From NCBI GenBank assembly GCA_001600815.1, contig BCKZ01000009.1:793502-830281 (forward strand): DNA of 36,780 nucleotides, read 5' to 3'. Below, one piece after another: positions 30,862-36,780 of the stretch. The stretch is from Alloascoidea hylecoeti (Eukaryota). The notes beneath the pieces were generated by a model, which was not told the DNA's origin, ran no database searches, and saw only the letters and a list, made by a program, of their open reading frames with translations. Numbering within the stretch: position 1 is the first letter of the stretch; each line of letters opens with the position of its first letter. A program made the position numbers and the translations under genes.

Positions 30862-31773
30862 ATGTCACAATCGTTATCAAAATTGATTCTAATACAAAGT
30901 ATTGAAGGAGTTTTCTCTCAAAATGAAGCTGATAAAGAGATTGATATATCAGTTATAGCTGATATGATGAATACAAATCCAGTTCGTCCTGTTAATACTT
31001 TTTCGGCGAGTCAGTGTATTGAAATTCTAAAAGATATTTTATCTGAAGCCACTGAAAAAAAAGACCCAGAAAATAAAGATAGAAGCCTTACAATAAATCA
31101 TACCTCTGGGGACGAAAAGTTCAGTACTTCAGTTGGAAAGTCAGAACTTGATAACCTTGTCATGAAGCTATATAAGGATTATCGGCGAGGTGTTGCCCAG
31201 GAGATTAAAGAGTATGAGGAAACCTACGTCAAATACGTTGAGGAAATCAAATTTATTGAGAATGGAGATATGGATGATGAAATACAAAAGCAAATAGATG
31301 AGAAGAATAAACAAACTATTTATGATTCTGAGTCGGAAATTGAACAAGCAACATCAGAACTTGAAGAATCTGTCTCTCAACCAACATCTGAGCAAGAGCA
31401 TGAGCAAGAGCATGAGCAAGAGCATGAGCAAGAGCAAGAACATGAACATGAGCAATCATCAAAGAAATTTCATTCACTTTCAGCATCATTGCTATCTAAT
31501 ATCTCTTCATGTAAGTCTGCCTCTCTATTTCTAAGTCCGATAAAGTCTGGAAACACAAATTATTCAGATCTCATCTATTCTCAAACTGATATTCCTACCA
31601 TTAAAGCACAATGTCGAGAAGGAATAATAGTAAATGAAAAGCAACTGGAACATGAAATCTACAAAATGCTAGCAAATTCAGTGATGTATAATGAATGGAA
31701 TAGTGATGTCGCAATCTTAATTAGAGAAATGATAACTGATGTAAATGAGTTGATGAAATTGTTTAAAGAATGA
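30862..31773 (+). CDS. BRD8: BRD8/Bdc1-like bromodomain protein (NuA4/TINTIN-type subunit)
   Basis: C-terminal degenerate bromodomain ASLFLSPI..NYSDLIYSQTDIPTIK..EIYKMLANSVMYN; N-terminal helical region ending in a coiled coil (LVMKLYKDYRRGVAQEIKEYEETYVKYVEEI), as in fungal Brd8/Bdc1. Confidence 0.7.
   Translation: MSQSLSKLILIQSIEGVFSQNEADKEIDISVIADMMNTNPVRPVNTFSASQCIEILKDILSEATEKKDPENKDRSLTINHTSGDEKFSTSVGKSELDNLVMKLYKDYRRGVAQEIKEYEETYVKYVEEIKFIENGDMDDEIQKQIDEKNKQTIYDSESEIEQATSELEESVSQPTSEQEHEQEHEQEHEQEQEHEHEQSSKKFHSLSASLLSNISSCKSASLFLSPIKSGNTNYSDLIYSQTDIPTIKAQCREGIIVNEKQLEHEIYKMLANSVMYNEWNSDVAILIREMITDVNELMKLFKE
31390..31455 (+). repeat. Coding 12-bp tandem repeat (GAGCAAGAGCAT)n encoding EQEH repeats
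   Basis: Three perfect copies followed by degenerate copies. Confidence 0.9.
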
Positions 31774-31906
31774 TATCCAGGATTGTTTATAGTTTAATGA
31801 TATACCTACGATTGAGAGTATATAATGTGTAATAATATAATTGTATTGGTTATTATATACAAATGTGCCAATTGATAATATTCATTGTAGTAATTTATTT
31901 ATCGGT

Positions 31907-32248
31907 TTATTGCTGCATTTTTTGTGTCAACAAAGCACTAGAGCAAGGCAAAAAAAAAAAAGAAACAGGTTAGCTATAAATAATAGGTTTTATCAAGAGA
32001 TTAAATATTACATACTTTTGTTCTTGGAATCTTTGACCAACTCTTTCACTATGTTTAAGAAACTTTTCAGCGCATTTAGCAATACAGGAGTCCTCTTTGG
32101 AAGTCAAAGTTTTAGAGGTGAAATCATTGACACAGTCAGTGAAACATCTTTGAACAAGACCTGAATAAAGTCTCATGAAATCTTTCATTTGCTTCTGTTC
32201 AATAAGAGATTGAAATTCTTGTTGTTCTCTTGGGTTAAGTTGATCCAT
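31907..32248 (-). CDS. TIM9: Small TIM chaperone Tim9 (exons 32248-32016 and 31937-31907; 87 aa)
   Basis: [50 protein letters not shown] (twin CX3C). Intron 32015-31938 (GTATGT..GCTAAC..polyT..TAG) gives the C-terminus [11 protein letters not shown]. Confidence 0.96.
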
Positions 32249-32438
32249 CTTATATTAACTTTGCTATTTTTTTGCTGGTTGTGACAAAATCAAATTGTTC
32301 ATGGGAAAAAACTAGACAGGGTTACGCATATCCGCTTCAACAGTTTGGGCTTTATGCTGTAATTAGACATGTAAAATAATGAAAAATATACCAATTTTTA
32401 TTTTTTTATTCATACACTAAATACAATAATCTTTAAAA

Positions 32439-33236
32439 ATGACAAACCTGAGTTATGAGAAAAGAGCTGAAAATCATCCCAGTCCAATTGCCAGACGTCT
32501 TCTAAACCTCATGGCTTCCAAAAAGACAAATCTATGTGCATCTATTGATGTCCGAACAACTTCTGAATTTCTATCTTTACTTGATATCTTAGGTCCAGAA
32601 ATTTGTGTAGCAAAAACACATATTGATATAATTGATGACTTCAGTTACGAAGAAACTATCATTCCATTACAGAAATTAGCCAAAAAACATAATTTTTTGA
32701 TCTTTGAAGATCGTAAATTTGCTGATATTGGATCTACTGTTAAAGCTCAATACTCAGGTGGAGCCTTTAAAATTGCCAAATGGGCAGATATTACGAATGC
32801 CCATGGTGTCACCGGAGATGGTATAGTAAAAGGTTTACAAGAAGCTGCCAAAGAAACGACGAATGAAGAGCGGGGTCTACTGATGCTGGCCGAACTTTCA
32901 TCAAAGGGATCTCTAGCTAAAGGTGAATACACCGAAAAGACTGTTGAGATAGCAAAGACTAATAAGGAATTTGTTTTGGGGTTTATTGCCCAAAATAAAA
33001 TGGGTAATGGAGAAGAAGGGTTTGATTGGTTAATATTAACACCAGGAGTTGGACTAGATGATAAAGGAGATTCTCTAGGTCAGCAATACAGAAGTGTTGA
33101 AGAAGTTGTTTTAAATGGAACAGATGTTATTATTGTAGGGAGAGGTCTATTTGGCAAAGGGCGTGATCCAAAAACTGAAGGTGCTAGATATAGAAAAGCT
33201 GGTTGGGATGCTTACTTGAAGAGGATATCTCTGTAA
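32439..33236 (+). CDS. URA3: Orotidine-5'-phosphate decarboxylase
   Basis: [52 protein letters not shown]. Confidence 0.99.
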   Translation: MTNLSYEKRAENHPSPIARRLLNLMASKKTNLCASIDVRTTSEFLSLLDILGPEICVAKTHIDIIDDFSYEETIIPLQKLAKKHNFLIFEDRKFADIGSTVKAQYSGGAFKIAKWADITNAHGVTGDGIVKGLQEAAKETTNEERGLLMLAELSSKGSLAKGEYTEKTVEIAKTNKEFVLGFIAQNKMGNGEEGFDWLILTPGVGLDDKGDSLGQQYRSVEEVVLNGTDVIIVGRGLFGKGRDPKTEGARYRKAGWDAYLKRISL

Positions 33237-34157
33237 AAAAAAAAAAAAAAAAAAGAGTACAACTTCTAAAATTTTATGGATATTTTAGATTGGTTATTAA
33301 TTTAGATGATAAATGGCGCATGCCATGTGGCTATGTGTAAGGCTATACAAAATAGTAAAATTAGGAAGTGATTCCATTTCATTGGTATCATTAGATTCTA
33401 TTTAGTTTCAATATTTTTTTTTCTTCCAACAACGTTAACATTATACAATCAACTAGGGAAATCAAAGTTGGTTCATAGATTGGGGCTATGGGATATAAGC
33501 CATACATAGTTATTAGTTATAGTAAAAATTATGTTTCCAGATCTAATATTGAAGGAGTTCATGGTAATCAAAAATGGCCAGTAATCGGGTGTTCCTGTGT
33601 TGTTATGGGATTTTCCGGAACATATGATTAAACTTACGGTCTCTCACCAACTCAAAGATCCCCTAAGAACTCTTTTAAGAACCATGGATATTTTCTGAAT
33701 GAGACGAACCAATGAAACAGAAAGATATATGGTGTAGATATAAATTGGAATGGTCTCAGGACGTTTGGGAGGGTTTTGTATTTGGTAGTTACAGGATCCG
33801 GGTCCGGAAGAGTATAGGCCTTCGAACCTCAATATGAGGAAGTCTAGGTGTGTCATAGTAAAATACTCCATGTCTCGTGCATTTATGAAGTTGGGAGTAC
33901 AATATGTCCCGGAAGTTTTGCATGCTTCCACCCGTGCCTAGGCCGCACGCACAATTCTTCTCTGGAAGCGCAAGGCCAATTTTGGGTGAGGGCCGCATGC
34001 AAGACTGGAGTTTCGCGAGGAGGCCCCAGTTTCTGTGGAATCTGTAGAGCACCCGATGGGTAGCCAATTATGAGGGAGGGAAACCGGGTCTGTTTATTAA
34101 GCGGTTTGTGTAGGATAAGATTGGGGTTGCATAACTGTAAGCTTAATTATATCGACA

Positions 34158-35675
34158 ATGAAATATAAGACAGCCATATTATGTAAGTTCATTACACCTC
34201 ATCAAATACTAACAACTTGCGGTATGAGATTCATCAGCGAGGACTGGATCCGCCCGCTGTCCCTCACGGCCTGTTTCCTCAGCAGTCTCGGGTGCGGCAC
34301 CATGTACCTGTTCTCGGCGTACAGCCCCCAGCTGGCCATGCGTGTGGGGCTCTCGGCCACTGAAGTGTCTGCGCTGGCCCTCGTGGGCTCGGCTGGAATG
34401 GCCTTCACGGGGCCTCTGGCTGGCAGGGCCGTGGACAAGATCGGCTATACTCTGCCGGTCCTGTTCGGCGGCCTGGCCATCTCCTCAGGCTACGGGCTGA
34501 TTCGATACTGCTATCTCCAACAGCTGAAATCCATAACGCTGCTGACAACGTCACTACTTCTAATAGGTGGAGGGAGCACATTCACCAACAGCGCTGGCGT
34601 CAAGTGCGCTGCTGTTTGCTACCCAAACCTCAGGGGCATCGCTACCTCCATCCCGGTGGCCGCATTCGGGCTGAGTGCCTTCGTCTTCTCCATGCTTGGG
34701 TCTCTGGTCGCCCCCAATGACACCCCAATGTTCTTTTCAATGTTGATCATTACCATCTTCGTTTTAACTTCTTTGGGCTCTATTTTCGTGGGTCTACCCC
34801 TCCCGAATAATAAACCCTCACATCACCCTATACCAACTACCCCTACTCGATTTAACAATACTATGGAATTACATTCGTTTACTCCAATCTCAAACTCTTC
34901 CTCAGATACTGATCAATTAAACGAATTTGAGTCCATCAACCTAGATTATGACTATGAAAGAGAAATAGATATACACGGAGTTGGTTTAGTAACTACTTCT
35001 TCCTTCTGGTCTTATTGTTTTATAATTGGTCTATTAGCAGGTATTGGTCAAATGTATATCTACAGTTGTGGTTATATTATAAAAGCTTTATTTAAATCTT
35101 CAAATTCAAATCTTGATCCAGATTCAACAATTTATAAATCTTTAGTTTCAAGTTCTCAAAGATCTCATGTTGCAATAATATCAATCTTTAGCTTTTTTGG
35201 TAGACTAACCGCTGGTTTTTCAAGTGATTTAATTTCAAATTTTTTTAAAAAATCCAGAAATTGGTTATTATTAATTCCTGGTTTTGGTTTTTTATTATCT
35301 CAATTGTTAGCAACTATAATAAACAATTTAAAATATTTAAAAATTTTATCAATAATAATTGGTTTTTCATATGGGTTTTCATTTGGTTTATTACCATCAT
35401 TAATTTCTGATTCTTATGGTATGAGAAGTTTTAGTTCAAATTGGGGGATTGTTTCGTTAGCCCCTGTTGGATTTGCATATCTTTTTAATATGTTATTTGG
35501 AAAAATTTATGATTCAAATACAATTAATGCAAATAAAACTTGTGATTTAGGTATATCTTGTTATAAATATGCTTTTAAAATCTCTTTTATTGCTTCAATT
35601 ATTTCAATCTTATTTATATCTCATCATATTTATCAAAGAGTTAAAAGTTCAAATGTTATAAGACATTCACCTTAA
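34158..35675 (+). CDS. MFS transporter, Mch1/nodulin-like (monocarboxylate permease homologue)
   Basis: About 12 TM helices; GTMYLFSAYSPQL, GRAVDKIG, RGIATSIPVAAFGLSA, GIGQMYIYSCG, GRLTAGFSSD, FSSNWG, FGKIYD. Start is uncertain (34158 or 34224). Confidence 0.88.
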   Translation: MKYKTAILCKFITPHQILTTCGMRFISEDWIRPLSLTACFLSSLGCGTMYLFSAYSPQLAMRVGLSATEVSALALVGSAGMAFTGPLAGRAVDKIGYTLPVLFGGLAISSGYGLIRYCYLQQLKSITLLTTSLLLIGGGSTFTNSAGVKCAAVCYPNLRGIATSIPVAAFGLSAFVFSMLGSLVAPNDTPMFFSMLIITIFVLTSLGSIFVGLPLPNNKPSHHPIPTTPTRFNNTMELHSFTPISNSSSDTDQLNEFESINLDYDYEREIDIHGVGLVTTSSFWSYCFIIGLLAGIGQMYIYSCGYIIKALFKSSNSNLDPDSTIYKSLVSSSQRSHVAIISIFSFFGRLTAGFSSDLISNFFKKSRNWLLLIPGFGFLLSQLLATIINNLKYLKILSIIIGFSYGFSFGLLPSLISDSYGMRSFSSNWGIVSLAPVGFAYLFNMLFGKIYDSNTINANKTCDLGISCYKYAFKISFIASIISILFISHHIYQRVKSSNVIRHSP

Positions 35676-36083
35676 TGTTATTTATATTTTAATTTTTATA
35701 TTTTATATCATTAATAAAAGTTTAGATACAGTATATACTCTATAGTTAATAGAAATTAATGTTTACAACAATCACAGTTATTATTTATATATTTCCAAAC
35801 ACTTTCACAAGTAGAACTTTCAGGTCAAATGTGCCCGGTTTTAGCCCGATTTTCATTACTGAATTTAGGTCATACAGAAGATTTACCTTATCTACATTTA
35901 GCACAGATCCAGATCTCAATGAGCAGAAGCTTACCCATAATTTGGCCCACAAAGTAAAAGGCAAATAGTGGATTAACATTGACCAGTATCCACTCCTCTT
36001 CATCTTTACTGCCATTGGTTTACGAAGGTCAAATGCGTTGAATTTTGGCAGTACGAAATGTAGCACGAGTTGCAAATTGGATG

Positions 36084-36390
36084 TTTTCCATTAAATATCC
36101 TTATCCCTATCTCATCTTATTATTCTTCTCTCAATAACCCTCCTCCCTATCCCTTTTCCTTAAATTTACAACTCTACTATACCTCTTACAACTACCTTTA
36201 AAATATTATTTTCCAAATTTTCTACCATTAAATTTTCAATTCCTACCCTTATCTCTTATCCCAAAATTTTATAAATTCATTCTTCTAAATTTTCTTTCTT
36301 ATTTATCTTTTTCTCCTTCCATTAAACTATGACATAATAATCTACCACCTTCCAATTTTTATAATCTGTTTTTTTTTTTTTTTTTTTTTT
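36084..36390. other. 247-nt tract with no G on the + strand (36084-36330), followed by T22 (36369-36390)
   Basis: Between g36083 and g36331 only A, C and T occur; C is common and no tandem unit is visible. Confidence 0.9.
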
Positions 36391-36780
36391 GAGCTATAAT
36401 TTATATTAGTGAGTAACAGGTTACTAACAACTAATATAGGTATATAGGCCTATGGTTTTCACTCAATCAATTAACATGATCATACAACACAATGAAAACA
36501 CTGAAGTGACTGAACAGTGAACACAGGAGTTTCTCTTGGAAACTTTATTTTTTTTAAATTAACTGTTAACACAACAGCAGATAAGAAATGACTACATAAT
36601 ACGTATTGTAAATAATCAAGGATGATGAAACGATGAATTCACAAATATTTTGTAAAGGTTGTTACTTATTCTTAGCTAGTTATCTAAGATTTTAAAGTAT
36701 CTAAAAATTCTAAATTATAAACCTCCTCTGAGTCTTAAGACTAAATGAAGGGTTGACTCTTTCTGAATATTGTAGTCTGA

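Noticed and set aside
31970..32015. Tim9 C-terminus [15 protein letters not shown] in the ORF track
   Set aside because: Read-through into the intron; the spliced end [11 protein letters not shown] fits the family.
11272..32932. Numerous antisense/overlapping ORFs inside MTC4, ATM1, PPR, NPP1, PXP1, SLM5, RasGAP, MMS21, TIM9 and URA3
   Set aside because: Shadow frames of real genes; none carries independent motifs.
33234..33254. A20 starting in the URA3 stop codon (retrocopy poly-A tail?)
   Set aside because: URA3 is at its ancestral position next to TIM9, no target-site duplication is seen, and homopolymer runs are common in this window.
33644..34067. Three overlapping 71-95-aa ORFs upstream of the MFS gene
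   Set aside because: Expected from the locally high GC (fewer stops); no protein features.
35945..35972. U5 snRNA loop-1 nonamer GCCTTTTAC on the minus strand
   Set aside because: Flanking bases do not close the U5 stem (U-U oppositions) and no appropriately placed Sm site follows on that strand.

Overview
AT-rich nuclear DNA of a budding yeast. The standard code is indicated by CTG at conserved Leu positions in URA3, and the short introns have relaxed splice signals, so an early-diverging Saccharomycotina is likely (inference). Gene order: 3' end of a GPI-anchored protein, an orphan beta-rich protein, PEX11 (2 introns), a divergent NUS1-like gene (2 introns), MTC4-like, ATM1, a mitochondrial PPR-like protein, NPP1, 2-hydroxyacyl-CoA lyase (1 intron), SLM5, a diverged Gap1/GapA-type RasGAP, MMS21, a BRD8-like bromodomain gene, TIM9 (1 intron), URA3 and an MCH1-like MFS transporter. 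NPP1 to URA3 matches the ancestral URA3-TIM9-PXP1-MMS21-EAF5-NPP/SLM5 neighbourhood, with BRD8-like in the EAF5 position. Unexplained signals: a duplicated ~185-nt element bounded by box C/box D and a terminal stem (candidate snoRNA pair); a 247-nt G-free tract beside T22; an abrupt GC-rich island over the MFS promoter and 5' CDS; and splice signals inside the MFS ORF whose use would break the frame. Family assignments come from motif recognition, not database searches.
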